Assembly: GCA_965219695.1 (NCBI GenBank)
Contig: CBDCOJ010000032.1
Coordinates: forward strand, 517,747 to 581,746
Origin: Candidatus Poribacteria bacterium
GTDB lineage: Bacteria > Poribacteria > WGA-4E > WGA-3G
Direction of reading: 5' to 3'
Length of the DNA stretch: 64,000 nt
The position numbers were made by a program, and so were the translations under genes. Under the pieces are notes generated by a model. The model was not told the DNA's origin. It saw only the letters and a program-made list of their open reading frames with translations, and made no database searches. Of the stretch, positions 39,432-49,405 are shown in pieces (within the stretch, counting starts at the first letter, position 1; every line of letters starts with the position of its first letter).

Positions 39432-40193
39432 ATGCGATTGAAAGATAAAGTTTTGTTAATCGGTGGTGCAGGCTCAAACATGAGTCGGGCATCAGCCTTA
39501 CTTTTTGCACAAGAAGGTGCGAAGGTGGCACTTGCCGCACGCACAACAGAGAAGATGGAAGAGACAGCGGAACGTATCCGCGCGAACGGTGGCGACGTGT
39601 TGACGCATCAAACCGATTTGACGGATGCCGCACAAGCGGAATCTCTTATTGATGCTGCAGTTGCGGAATTTGGTGGTATTGACTGTTTTATCCACGCTGC
39701 GGGAGGGTATTTCTCAACTGAACACGATATTACTGCCATGGATCCTGAGTATTGGGAAGGTGCGCTGCAAAACAACTTACGAACACTTTTCAACCCTGTC
39801 CGCTGTCTTGTACCGATTTTAGAGAAACAGGGTGGTGGATGTATTATCACTATATCAGCAGGTGAGCGAGTGCGGCAAGATGCGAACGCTGCTTACGCTG
39901 CAGCAAAATCGGGAATGGTGGCAACAGCAAAAAACCTTGCCAAAGAGTTGTATGATAAAAACATCCGTGTCCATGCGTTATGTCCGGGGATAATCTGGGA
40001 CCCGTTGCCAGAAGGAAAAATCGCTCCAGTCACAACGCAATTAGAACGTCTTGGTAATCCGATTGATATAGCGTATGCTGCGCTGTGGTTATGTTCAGAC
40101 GAAGCGGCGTGGGTTACAGGATTGGAGTTGACGATTGATGGTGGTGATTCGTTGTTCATTGATTCGCCAATTCGGCGGGAGGTTTTGGCTTAG
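39432..40193 (+). CDS. SDR-family oxidoreductase
   Basis: A modified glycine motif (IGGAGSNMSRA) and the catalytic YxxxK (YAAAKSG). Confidence 0.75.
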   Translation: MRLKDKVLLIGGAGSNMSRASALLFAQEGAKVALAARTTEKMEETAERIRANGGDVLTHQTDLTDAAQAESLIDAAVAEFGGIDCFIHAAGGYFSTEHDITAMDPEYWEGALQNNLRTLFNPVRCLVPILEKQGGGCIITISAGERVRQDANAAYAAAKSGMVATAKNLAKELYDKNIRVHALCPGIIWDPLPEGKIAPVTTQLERLGNPIDIAYAALWLCSDEAAWVTGLELTIDGGDSLFIDSPIRREVLA

Positions 40194-40523
40194 CGGAGTT
40201 TTTACATGTTTTTAGTGATTGGTGTTCGTTAACAACTTACCTTCGGCTATCGGCAGGTAAATAATATGTTCGAGATGCAAAGGGAACTTAGCAACTACAA
40301 GTTCTTTTTTTACTAACTATTGCGCTGATAGCCTTTTTGTTTGAAAAACTTCGTGCAGGGTGTTAAAATAGTGTGAAAAGAAATAAGATATATTGAGAAA
40401 TGAGACATACAGCAATAATTGAACTTGCAAATAACGATAGACTCAACTTAGTAAGATCAGGTTTTATGAATCCTGAAGAAGTATGTAGAATTACCGTACT
40501 AAAATAGGTAAACCGAGGGAAAT

Positions 40524-40922
40524 ATGAGGAGCGTTTTTTGTATTTTGATCATAGTGTTTATGTGTCTGATAAGCACAATAGGCGTATGTGACTTAACACC
40601 TACAGAGGTGGGACAACAAGATGCTCAACAAGATGTTCCCCGTCCGAAATGGTTTTTAGCAGGATGTATTAGTGGTGGTTTTTTCTTATGGCTTATCAGT
40701 GATAATTCTGTGGCGCGCGATGCGAAAAAACCACCAGAGGTTGACATTAATAATGTCCCACACTTGCTCGGAAAACCACCTGAATATGTTGAGAAATATG
40801 TTACATCTTACCAAGCGGAATCGGTGCGTATAAGTTCTCAATGGGCGGAATATGGTCGGATGACAGGCAGCGGAATAACAATAGCGGCTATCCTTGGTTA
40901 TATGATTAGCAAAAGTTTTTAA
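40524..40922 (+). CDS. hypothetical membrane protein
   Basis: 132-aa ORF with three predicted TM segments, followed by an AT-rich hairpin. Confidence 0.35.
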   Translation: MRSVFCILIIVFMCLISTIGVCDLTPTEVGQQDAQQDVPRPKWFLAGCISGGFFLWLISDNSVARDAKKPPEVDINNVPHLLGKPPEYVEKYVTSYQAESVRISSQWAEYGRMTGSGITIAAILGYMISKSF

Positions 40923-40976
40923 GTAGAAATTAGGTGAGTTTCGAACGCCTATTTTTAATAGGCATAGTCTAAATCA

Positions 40977-41810
40977 ATGTTCTACCTAACACGGCAATCC
41001 GCCTTTGAGGCATCCCATTACAATCGGATTCCCGAATTGAGCGATGCCGAAAACTTTGAACTGTTCGGTGCCGCAGCAAATCCAAATAGCCACGGACACA
41101 ACTACGTGCTTGAAGTGATGGTCAAAGGGGATGTAGATGCCGATGATGGAATGGTCATCAATTTAACGACGTTAGATGCGTTGTTGAAAACAGAAGTGCT
41201 TTCGAATTATGATCATAAGCACCTGAACAAACAACATCCTGTGTTCAGCAAAAATCCACTACTACAACCGACATGTGAAAACATCACAATTGAAATATGG
41301 CGACGACTCGCTCCCTCTTTCCCCGATGGATTGCTCCATCGGGTTCGGCTCTATGAAAGTTCTACGCGATTTGCCGACTATTACGGAGATGATATCATGG
41401 TTTATCTTACTAAGGTTTATGAGTTCAGTGCAGCGCATCGTCTACACAGCCATGCACTTAGTGATGAAGAAAACCGAGACATCTTCGGGAAGTGCAATAA
41501 TCCTGCTGGGCATGGGCACAACTACGTAATTGAAGTCACTGTAAAAGGTGACGTAGATGCAAAAACTGGACTGGTCGCGGGTTTGAATCTGCTTGACGAA
41601 GTAGTCGAAAAACAGGTCTATGCACGCTTTGATTACAAACACCTCAATCTTGATACGCCGGAATTTGAGAAACTTAATCCGACATCTGAAAACTTTGTAA
41701 AGGTACTTTGGGATGTGTTGGAACCGAATTTACAACCGGTGGTTTTACACCGTCTCCGCTTGCGAGAAACACCCAAAAATCATTTTGATTACTATGGAGA
41801 ATCTTCTTAA
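40977..41810 (+). CDS. tandem two-domain 6-pyruvoyl-tetrahydropterin synthase (PTPS)
   Basis: Two PTPS folds. Domain 2 carries LSDEENRDIFGKCNNPAGHGHNYVIEVTV, nearly identical to the animal PTPS active-site segment, with the catalytic Cys present. Domain 1 has FGAAANPNSHGHNY, so the His triad is kept but the Cys is lost. Confidence 0.8.
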   Translation: MFYLTRQSAFEASHYNRIPELSDAENFELFGAAANPNSHGHNYVLEVMVKGDVDADDGMVINLTTLDALLKTEVLSNYDHKHLNKQHPVFSKNPLLQPTCENITIEIWRRLAPSFPDGLLHRVRLYESSTRFADYYGDDIMVYLTKVYEFSAAHRLHSHALSDEENRDIFGKCNNPAGHGHNYVIEVTVKGDVDAKTGLVAGLNLLDEVVEKQVYARFDYKHLNLDTPEFEKLNPTSENFVKVLWDVLEPNLQPVVLHRLRLRETPKNHFDYYGESS

Positions 41811-41813
41811 TTT

Positions 41814-42404
41814 ATGAATACTGAACAAGAAAGTGAAGCTGATCATAAGCCTGAATTGTTAGAGTCTCTTTTCGGACAGATTATTGAAAATATAGGTGAA
41901 GACCCGAACCGTCAAGGTTTGGTAAAAACACCACTCCGTGCTGCAAAAGCATTAGAATTTCTTACGAGCGGCTATCATCAGGATGTTAATAAGATATTAA
42001 ACGAAGCTATCTTTGACGAGAATTGTGACGACATGGTTATCGTCAAGGATATTGAATTTTTTAGTCTCTGTGAGCACCATATCCTCCCGTTTTGGGGAAA
42101 GTGTCATGTAGGCTATCTTCCACTGAATCGGGTTATTGGTCTTAGTAAGATTCCGAGAATTGTGGATATGTTCTCTCGACGCTTGCAGGTTCAAGAACGC
42201 TTAACACGCGAAATTGCCGAAGCATTGGAGGCAGCATTGAATCCAGGAGGCGTTGCAGTCGTAATGGAGGCACAACACATGTGCATGATGGCGCGTGGTG
42301 TAGAAAAGCAAGCCTCAAAGATGACAACAAACGCTATGCGGGGCGCATTTCGGGAAGATAGTTCTACGCGCGCTGAGTTTCTTAGATGCGTCCAAGTTTC
42401 TTAA
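41814..42404 (+). CDS. folE: GTP cyclohydrolase I
   Basis: 196-aa protein with the FolE core ([12 protein letters not shown], zinc-binding Cys/His) and QERLT. Confidence 0.9.
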   Translation: MNTEQESEADHKPELLESLFGQIIENIGEDPNRQGLVKTPLRAAKALEFLTSGYHQDVNKILNEAIFDENCDDMVIVKDIEFFSLCEHHILPFWGKCHVGYLPLNRVIGLSKIPRIVDMFSRRLQVQERLTREIAEALEAALNPGGVAVVMEAQHMCMMARGVEKQASKMTTNAMRGAFREDSSTRAEFLRCVQVS

Positions 42405-42420
42405 AGGTAGTAGGTCACTC

Positions 42421-42458
42421 CGCCAAATGCTATAGGCGCATTTGGCGTTAATTTGGTG
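42421..42458. repeat. family B palindromic repeat copy (ccgccaaatgctataggcgcatttggcg)
   Basis: A near-identical copy of the element at 26067-26103, in the folE/SDR intergenic spacer. Confidence 0.8.
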
Positions 42459-42488
42459 TGCCGTCCACCCTTTCTCTGTAAAAAATAA

Positions 42489-43241
42489 ATGTCCACACAA
42501 AACAAGACTAACGAATTACAAACAAATAGTCTCAAAGGAAAAGTAGCGGTTGTCACTGGTGCGTCAAAAGGCATCGGCAAAGCAATAGCAGGTGCCTTAG
42601 CAGATGCCGGAGCAAAGGTAGTCCTCGCTGCCCGTACACCTAAGACCGTAGAGCAAGCCGCAAGCAATATTAGAGAGACAGGCGCGGATGCAATCGCAGT
42701 CCCGACTGATGTCACAGACGTTGACGCTGTGCAAAACCTCATCCAACGCACATTGGATACCTATCAAAACTTGGATATATTGATAAACAATGCAGGAAGC
42801 GGTAAATTTGGAACTGTTGCTGATTTTGATCCGTCAGATTGGGATAACGTCATCAATTCCAATTTGAAGGGTGTTTACCTCTGTGCAAAATATGCGCTTC
42901 CGCATCTATTGGCACAAGGTGGCGGACAAATTATTAACGTGCTTTCTATCGCAGCGAAGGTCGCTTTTCCCGCTTCAAGCGCATATTGTGCAGCAAAAGC
43001 AGGCGCGCTTGCTTTTACAAAGGTATTGGCTGCTGAAGTGCGGGACAAAAACATACGAGTGACAGCAGTGCTACCCGGTTCCGTTGAAACACCTTTTTGG
43101 GATGATATTCCACAACATCCCGATTTTGAAAAGATGCTCAAACCGGAGCACGTAGCAAACGCTGTTCTGTCCGTATGCCAGCAACCGACTGGCATGGTAA
43201 CCGAAGAAATCGTTGTTATGCCTCCGCTCGGTATTTTATAG
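42489..43241 (+). CDS. SDR-family reductase (sepiapterin-reductase-like by context)
   Basis: TGASKGIGKA motif and catalytic YCAAKAG. It lies immediately downstream of the PTPS and folE genes. Confidence 0.7.
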   Translation: MSTQNKTNELQTNSLKGKVAVVTGASKGIGKAIAGALADAGAKVVLAARTPKTVEQAASNIRETGADAIAVPTDVTDVDAVQNLIQRTLDTYQNLDILINNAGSGKFGTVADFDPSDWDNVINSNLKGVYLCAKYALPHLLAQGGGQIINVLSIAAKVAFPASSAYCAAKAGALAFTKVLAAEVRDKNIRVTAVLPGSVETPFWDDIPQHPDFEKMLKPEHVANAVLSVCQQPTGMVTEEIVVMPPLGIL

Positions 43242-43370
43242 ATATTCCATATTCAGGTATCGGTAAAAAGAAGTTCTCCTTCTAAAACCGATAACTATTT
43301 TGTTTATAGTGGTTGCTTAAGCATTTTTAATACAGGCTTGCAAAGCTCCAAACAAAACTAAAAGTAGGTT

Positions 43371-45494
43371 ATGAAAAAGCTTAAATTTATATCAATATTA
43401 CTTTTTGCTCTATGTTTCATCAATAATAATAATGTTGCTCCAGAAGAGGAATGGATGCCAGACCCTCACTTACGGCAGGCTGTTCGTGAAGAACTCGAAA
43501 TCCCTGATGAGATACCTATACATCCCGGAGACATGCCAGGATTACATAATCTTTTCGTAATAGAAATAGAACACGATATTAGGAGTTTAAAAGGGCTTGA
43601 GTATGCGGTGAATCTTAAAGTCTTGGTTATCGACAGAAGTCAAGCCTCAGATTTAACGCCACTTGCGGGGCTTGAGAACTTAGTATCCTTGTCTGTTGTT
43701 AGAAGTGAAGTCTCAGATTTAACACCTCTGGCGGGGCTCAAGAATTTACGGGTCTTAAAGTTGGGTAAAAATCATCGCATTTCGGATATAACACCCCTCG
43801 CAGGACTGGTGAATTTAGAACGGTTGCACTTGAACGACAATAAGATTTCAGATCTCACACCCCTCACAGGACTGGTGAATTTAGAACGGTTGCACTTGAA
43901 CGACAATAAGATTTCAGATCTCACACCCCTCACAGGACTGGTGAATTTAAGATGGTTGCACTTGGAATACAATCAAATTTCAGACCTAACCCCGATAAGA
44001 AACCTAACCAAACTCGAGCAGTTGACAATAATAGGCAATCCTATTGACTATACAGAATTGGGAAATCTACCAGCAGAATTGCGCCAGTGCCTGGTGGATG
44101 CCTCCCCGTATAAAGCCCCCATTGCAGAACGCATCCAAAACAGAGTCTATCCTTCTATCGGGGTGAGAGACTACGTACTTGCGACGCGTGGTCAACGCAC
44201 TATGGAAATTTTCACGAGGTTTGACTTGGTTTTTGGAGCTCTCCCTTTTATTCCCCTTAGAGAATGGACAACAAGATGGCTAACAGCATGGGGATTTCCG
44301 CCTGTCGTCAAAAACTTATCCACACGTGTGGGACATATAGATGAAATGATAGAAATACACACCGAAGTCCTTCAACGAAATCCTAATATGATTTTGCTTA
44401 TAGGTCTGGATTTTCAGAATGGACTTTTTGAAAGGTATGGTGAAGATTGGGAGGGGTGGCTACGCGATAAAGAGGGAAATCGTCTAACATCCCGTTGGCG
44501 CACGTATACCGGGGAAGAAGACTGGGATAATCTTATCGACTTCACGAAGCCTGTCGTCATAGAACAAATTGTGCAACAGGCAAAATCGATTAGCGAGTGC
44601 GGACTCTATGATGGTATCTGGCTCGATCATTGGGGCGAAGGGAAAAGACTACAAGGAGTCTACACCGCAGAAGAAGAATATATTGCGAAGGACACAATCC
44701 TCCAACGCATCCGCGAAGTTGTTCCCGATGACTTTTTTATACTCGTTAACAACAACCGCCGTAAACTGCAGCCTCGCTGGGCACCCTATGTCAACGGTAT
44801 CTATATGGAATCAGGACGCGATTTTTTGGAGACTAGGCCGGATGGACCTGACGGCTATACCTTTGCTGGGATCCGTGACATAGAAGAGGCACTTTTGTGG
44901 AATGAAACGAAACTGAGGAAACCGACATTAAATCTTTTAGAGGGTGAAGTGTCATATACCAAAGCGATTGACGATCCCGAAGTAAAGCAAATCGTCAGGT
45001 TTTTCACGACAATGGCACTCACACATTCCAACGCATCGGTTTTTATGCTCCATTATGATGATTTTTACTGGTACCGCTTCTATGATGCCCCTTTGGGGCA
45101 ACCGATTGGTGGCGATGAAACTAAAGGCATTCTCTACGAAACCCCGAAAGGTGAGGCCATTGATGGAATGTTCATCCGGGAGTTCACCAACGGCTGGGCG
45201 GTGTATAATCGGAGTGGTGCAGCACAGGAGATAGAACTTCCGCAGGAGGTTTCCGGCTGGTCGAGCGGTGTGGAGCATCAACGCCGGCATACGTTGGCGG
45301 ATTTGGATGGCGAGATTTATTTAAAGGCTGAAACGGGGACATCTGCGGATGTCAATGGCGATGGCGTTGTGAATATCCAAGATTTGGTGATTGTTGCCAA
45401 TGCCTTTGGCGGAGCAGAACCTGATATCAATGGCGATGGCGTTGTTAATATTCAGGATTTAGTGATTGTCGCAAACGCCTTTGGAGAAAATTAA
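43371..45494 (+). CDS. secreted leucine-rich-repeat protein with central uncharacterised domain and C-terminal dockerin-like repeat pair
   Basis: Signal peptide, then about eight 22-aa LRRs (LxxLxxLxLxxNxIsDLTPLxGL, internalin-like). A roughly 400-aa central domain follows. The C-terminus has two DVNGDGVVNIQDLVIVANAFG segments, the dockerin type-I calcium-binding pattern. Confidence 0.75.
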   Translation: MKKLKFISILLFALCFINNNNVAPEEEWMPDPHLRQAVREELEIPDEIPIHPGDMPGLHNLFVIEIEHDIRSLKGLEYAVNLKVLVIDRSQASDLTPLAGLENLVSLSVVRSEVSDLTPLAGLKNLRVLKLGKNHRISDITPLAGLVNLERLHLNDNKISDLTPLTGLVNLERLHLNDNKISDLTPLTGLVNLRWLHLEYNQISDLTPIRNLTKLEQLTIIGNPIDYTELGNLPAELRQCLVDASPYKAPIAERIQNRVYPSIGVRDYVLATRGQRTMEIFTRFDLVFGALPFIPLREWTTRWLTAWGFPPVVKNLSTRVGHIDEMIEIHTEVLQRNPNMILLIGLDFQNGLFERYGEDWEGWLRDKEGNRLTSRWRTYTGEEDWDNLIDFTKPVVIEQIVQQAKSISECGLYDGIWLDHWGEGKRLQGVYTAEEEYIAKDTILQRIREVVPDDFFILVNNNRRKLQPRWAPYVNGIYMESGRDFLETRPDGPDGYTFAGIRDIEEALLWNETKLRKPTLNLLEGEVSYTKAIDDPEVKQIVRFFTTMALTHSNASVFMLHYDDFYWYRFYDAPLGQPIGGDETKGILYETPKGEAIDGMFIREFTNGWAVYNRSGAAQEIELPQEVSGWSSGVEHQRRHTLADLDGEIYLKAETGTSADVNGDGVVNIQDLVIVANAFGGAEPDINGDGVVNIQDLVIVANAFGEN
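43801..43932 (+). repeat. perfect 2 x 66-bp tandem repeat inside LRR gene (one LRR unit each, + diverged third copy)
   Basis: caggactggtgaatttagaacggttgcacttgaacgacaataagatttcagatctcacacccctca is repeated identically back-to-back. Confidence 0.9.
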
Positions 45495-45534
45495 ATTGAT
45501 GCTAATCTAATTGAACTCACGAATGACAAAGCAG

Positions 45535-48225
45535 TTAGGTATTGAATCTACCGAGCCGCCGCCGAATACGAATCTTCTTGATAGCCCGTGTATCGGCATC
45601 TAAAATAGTGATAACTGCATCGCCAAGTTCTAATTCTGTACCAGTTTCCGGAATTGTGCCGGTACGATCAAGAATATAACCAGCGATAGTCGTATAGTAA
45701 TCCCTTTGAGGAATTGACAGTCCATAGTGTTCTTCCAACATCTCGATCTCGGTCCTGCCTTCACATTCAAGAATCTCGGGGGCAATTAAATGGATGGAAT
45801 CAGGGTCGTCACGTTCATCATCAAATTCGCCAACGATTTCTTCAATAAGGTCTTCAACAGTCACAAGACCGACAATGCCACTGTATTCATCAACAGCAAA
45901 TACCATCGTATGCTGTGTATTTTGAATTTCTTTCAAGAGAGCGTTAATATTTTTTGATTCAGGGACAACATGTATATCTGTACGGATAAACGGTTCGACC
46001 GTTTCAGGTCGGTTTTCAGCATAAATAACATCTAAAAGGTTAACAATTCCAACAATGTCGTAAATACGTTCATCGTATACAGGAATTCGCGAGTAGCCAG
46101 AATCTGCGGCAATTTGTAAAAAATCCTCACATGTTGTATTTTTTTCTATGGCGACGATATCAACGAGTGGCATCATGACTTGTCTAACAGTACGGTTTTG
46201 GAAGTTAAGTAGACGGTGAATCATTTGTCGTTGTTCTGTCAGCAGGTTGCCCGATCTTTCACCCATAGTTGCGAGTAATCGTAATTCTTCACGTTGGGCA
46301 TCAGGACTGGGGGTGTTTGCACCTCTATCTATGATTCTGACGAGTATTTTTGTAACAGATTGCACAAAGTAAATTAGGGGGGCTAATACATATTCAGAAA
46401 ATCGTAAAGGATAGGCATAGCGTAGTGAAAGCGCATCTGCTTTAACACGGAAAATCGTTTTCGGCAAAATTTCTCCGAAAATAAGTAGCAAAATGGTTAC
46501 GTAAACGATAGAGATAATCCCTTGCAACTCATCTGAAACGGACAGTACTGTTTCAGTCAATCGATCACCGAATTGTGAAATTAGTACATTTGCGAGATTC
46601 GTTCCTACCAAGGTCAGCGCAAGCATCTTATCGGGAGATTCTACTAAACGGTGGATAATTTTTGCCTTTGAGTCGTTGGATTCAACAAGTTGGTTCATTC
46701 GGATTTTATTTACTGAAACGAGGGCAGTTTCTGAACCGGAGTAAAAAGCGGACAACACAAGGCATACAAGGACCGCAAATGCAAACAAGGATATGAGTAT
46801 AGCAGTCTGTGTTGCTCCGCCAGCACCGATTAAAAAGAGGGATAATAAAAGTATTTTCAAGGGAACAGCAGCACCAACTATATTCCCATTGCCAGGTTCT
46901 TCGGGTATGGGAACTCGGATAAATAGGCTTGTGATTAGGTTGCCTTCTGTGGCGGTAATTTCAAATTCTATGCCGTTTTCGTCAACGTGAGTTTCACCAA
47001 CAGAAGGAATATGTCCAAAAAGTCCGAGCGCGTAACCACCAATTGTATCTGCATCATCTTCTTGAATTTTAAGTTCAAATTGTTGGTTGAGTTCGCGAAT
47101 GCTCATGCGTCCGGTTGTTTCTATCACCAATGGATCCTCTGAATGTTTTATATACTTAGGAGCAGAATCGTCTTTATCATGTTCATCAGCGATGTCTCCC
47201 ACTACCTGCTCAACAATGTCTTCAGTCGTAACGATTCCAGAAATACCACCATATTCATCACGGAGGATCGCTATTTTGGTTTGCTCGCGTTGCAGTTGCA
47301 GCAGCAATATTCCGATTTTTCGAGTTTCAAGGACTAAAAAAGGTTCTCGGATTAGTGGCGCGTCAGGGGGAGCATTTGTAATTTTCGCCCGTTCTTCAAG
47401 AAATTCATCTATTGTAAGCGAATTTACCTCCGCACGGCGCCACTGTGGAAAATCTTTAACATAGAAAATACCACAGATTTTATCAATCTGTTCACGATAA
47501 ACCGGAATGCGTGAAAACCCATATTCTTTTGCTTGTGTCAAGGTGTCTTGGATAGTGTTTGATGTTGGCACAGCGACAACTTCAGTTCTGGGAACCATAA
47601 TTTCTTTCGCTTCAATCTCTCGCAATTGAAGGATATTACTTACGATTTCGCGTTCATCGGGGGGGAGTGTTTCCTCGTGATAGGTCTTAAAGAATTCTTG
47701 TAAATCTGTCGTAGTGAATTCTTCTTCAGATGGTGGATGTCCACCAAATATTGGGATAAGTTTGTCAATGATTTTTCGCAGTAGTGCGCGTAGAGGGGAA
47801 ATGAAAATAGAAAATATCCACAAAGGTGGTGCGGTTATTTTGGCAAAGGACTCCGCATGCTTGATTGCGTAGGTTTTCGGTGTCATTTCACCGAATATCA
47901 GCATGAGAAGCACGCTAAGTGCTGTTGCAATAACAAACTGGGTAGCGTCAGATGATTGTGGGAGGGCTCTTTTCTCCACAAGTCCCAACATGACAATCGC
48001 GAACGTAACATTAACCAGGTTGTTTCCAAGAAGGACGGTAATAAATAAACGACGTGGATTGTCAACAAAATTGACAATTGCAGACGTTTTTCCCCGTTTA
48101 AGACGGATCTTTTCAATTTGCACTCGCGTTAGAGCGCATAAAGCCGTCTCAGACCCGGAAAAAAAGCCGGAAAGGATAAGTAAACCTACCAATCCAATCA
48201 AATAAGGCAGTAGTGGAACTTCCAT
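45535..48225 (-). CDS. fused tandem CNNM/CorC-HlyC family protein (2 x [DUF21-CBS pair-CorC_HlyC])
   Basis: 896-aa protein. Two complete modules each begin with the DUF21 signature (FFSGSETAL / FYSGSETAL). Each is followed by CBS pairs and a transporter-associated C-terminal domain. Confidence 0.8.
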   Translation of the reverse strand: MEVPLLPYLIGLVGLLILSGFFSGSETALCALTRVQIEKIRLKRGKTSAIVNFVDNPRRLFITVLLGNNLVNVTFAIVMLGLVEKRALPQSSDATQFVIATALSVLLMLIFGEMTPKTYAIKHAESFAKITAPPLWIFSIFISPLRALLRKIIDKLIPIFGGHPPSEEEFTTTDLQEFFKTYHEETLPPDEREIVSNILQLREIEAKEIMVPRTEVVAVPTSNTIQDTLTQAKEYGFSRIPVYREQIDKICGIFYVKDFPQWRRAEVNSLTIDEFLEERAKITNAPPDAPLIREPFLVLETRKIGILLLQLQREQTKIAILRDEYGGISGIVTTEDIVEQVVGDIADEHDKDDSAPKYIKHSEDPLVIETTGRMSIRELNQQFELKIQEDDADTIGGYALGLFGHIPSVGETHVDENGIEFEITATEGNLITSLFIRVPIPEEPGNGNIVGAAVPLKILLLSLFLIGAGGATQTAILISLFAFAVLVCLVLSAFYSGSETALVSVNKIRMNQLVESNDSKAKIIHRLVESPDKMLALTLVGTNLANVLISQFGDRLTETVLSVSDELQGIISIVYVTILLLIFGEILPKTIFRVKADALSLRYAYPLRFSEYVLAPLIYFVQSVTKILVRIIDRGANTPSPDAQREELRLLATMGERSGNLLTEQRQMIHRLLNFQNRTVRQVMMPLVDIVAIEKNTTCEDFLQIAADSGYSRIPVYDERIYDIVGIVNLLDVIYAENRPETVEPFIRTDIHVVPESKNINALLKEIQNTQHTMVFAVDEYSGIVGLVTVEDLIEEIVGEFDDERDDPDSIHLIAPEILECEGRTEIEMLEEHYGLSIPQRDYYTTIAGYILDRTGTIPETGTELELGDAVITILDADTRAIKKIRIRRRLGRFNT

Positions 48226-48454
48226 TCTTTTGAGGGACGAATTTAATGGGATGTTCGTCCGAGGACATCTAACCTCAGTTTCTGGTGCTAAAATACAGTG
48301 TATTCGGCATTAAATATTACGTAATTTGTAATTAATTATAACATGTTAACACATTGAATGCAACAAAAAAATTGATTATATCAGAAGATTCAGATAAAAT
48401 ATGTAAACGCAATCAACTACCAAGCGGTACATAACCATTGAGAAACTAAATAAA

Positions 48455-49108
48455 ATGAGGCAGTCTATGACAAAACTGGAACAGATGCAACGTATTGAGG
48501 CATGTGGTATTGTCGCTATAATTCGTGCCAACAGTTCAAATGAACTAATTGACGCGGCAGCGGCTATTCAAACTGGAGGCGTTGACGTTATTGAAATAAC
48601 GATGACAACACCCGATGCGTTACGGGTGATCAGCGAGGTGTCAACCCGATTAGGCGATGCGGTCATAGTCGGTGTCGGATCGGTTCTGGATGCAGAGACA
48701 GCGCGTGCAGCAATGCTCGCTGGTGCTGAATTTGTCGTCAGTCCCGTTACGAAGTCAGACGTAATCGAAATCTGCAATCGGTATGGCAAAGTGGTTATAC
48801 CGGGTGCATTCACGCCTACAGAAATCTTGTCAGCATGGGAAATAGGTGCTGATTATGTGAAAGTCTTCCCCGCAAGTGGAGTCGGTCCCTCCTACATTAA
48901 GGATATAAAAGCACCCCTTCCACAGATTCCACTTATTCCGACTGGCGGCATCAATGCGGAAAATGCAGCGGAATTCATCAATGCTGGTGCATCAGCATTA
49001 GGTGTCGGCAGTTCATTGGTTAGTAGTTCTCTCCTTGAATCTGGTGATTTTGTTTCGCTCACAGAAAGAGCAAAAAAAATGATCGCTGCTGTCAAATCAA
49101 CCAGATGA
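48455..49108 (+). CDS. eda: KDPG/KHG aldolase (2-dehydro-3-deoxyphosphogluconate aldolase)
   Basis: 217-aa TIM barrel with the Eda-typical GVDVIEITMTT, the Schiff-base Lys context (DYVKVFPA) and PTGGI. Confidence 0.8.
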   Translation: MRQSMTKLEQMQRIEACGIVAIIRANSSNELIDAAAAIQTGGVDVIEITMTTPDALRVISEVSTRLGDAVIVGVGSVLDAETARAAMLAGAEFVVSPVTKSDVIEICNRYGKVVIPGAFTPTEILSAWEIGADYVKVFPASGVGPSYIKDIKAPLPQIPLIPTGGINAENAAEFINAGASALGVGSSLVSSSLLESGDFVSLTERAKKMIAAVKSTR

Positions 49109-49405
49109 TTAATAAACAAAAATAGTGCTGTAAACGTCTCACAAGTAATTTAGTCTTAACTTGTGGTTAGATGTTCCTTTTTCCAATTATAGGAAATTTT
49201 AGAATTGACAATACACCTTTGATCTACGTTGCAAGTTTACAAATATGACAACCAATTCCTTAACAACTTTAATTCATATAACATACCACATTAATACTGT
49301 TTTTTACGTTGACAGTTGATTTTATTTTTGCTAATTTTTTAAACAGAGACAATAAACCCCACAGAGATTTATCCAAAACGAGACATAACTTAGCGAATAA
49401 TCGTT

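Noticed and set aside
40921-40960. gtttcgaacgcc segment resembling a tRNA T-arm
   Set aside because: There is no acceptor stem, anticodon arm or CCA context. It is an AT-rich hairpin (gcctatttttaataggc), probably a weak terminator after ORF 40524..40922.
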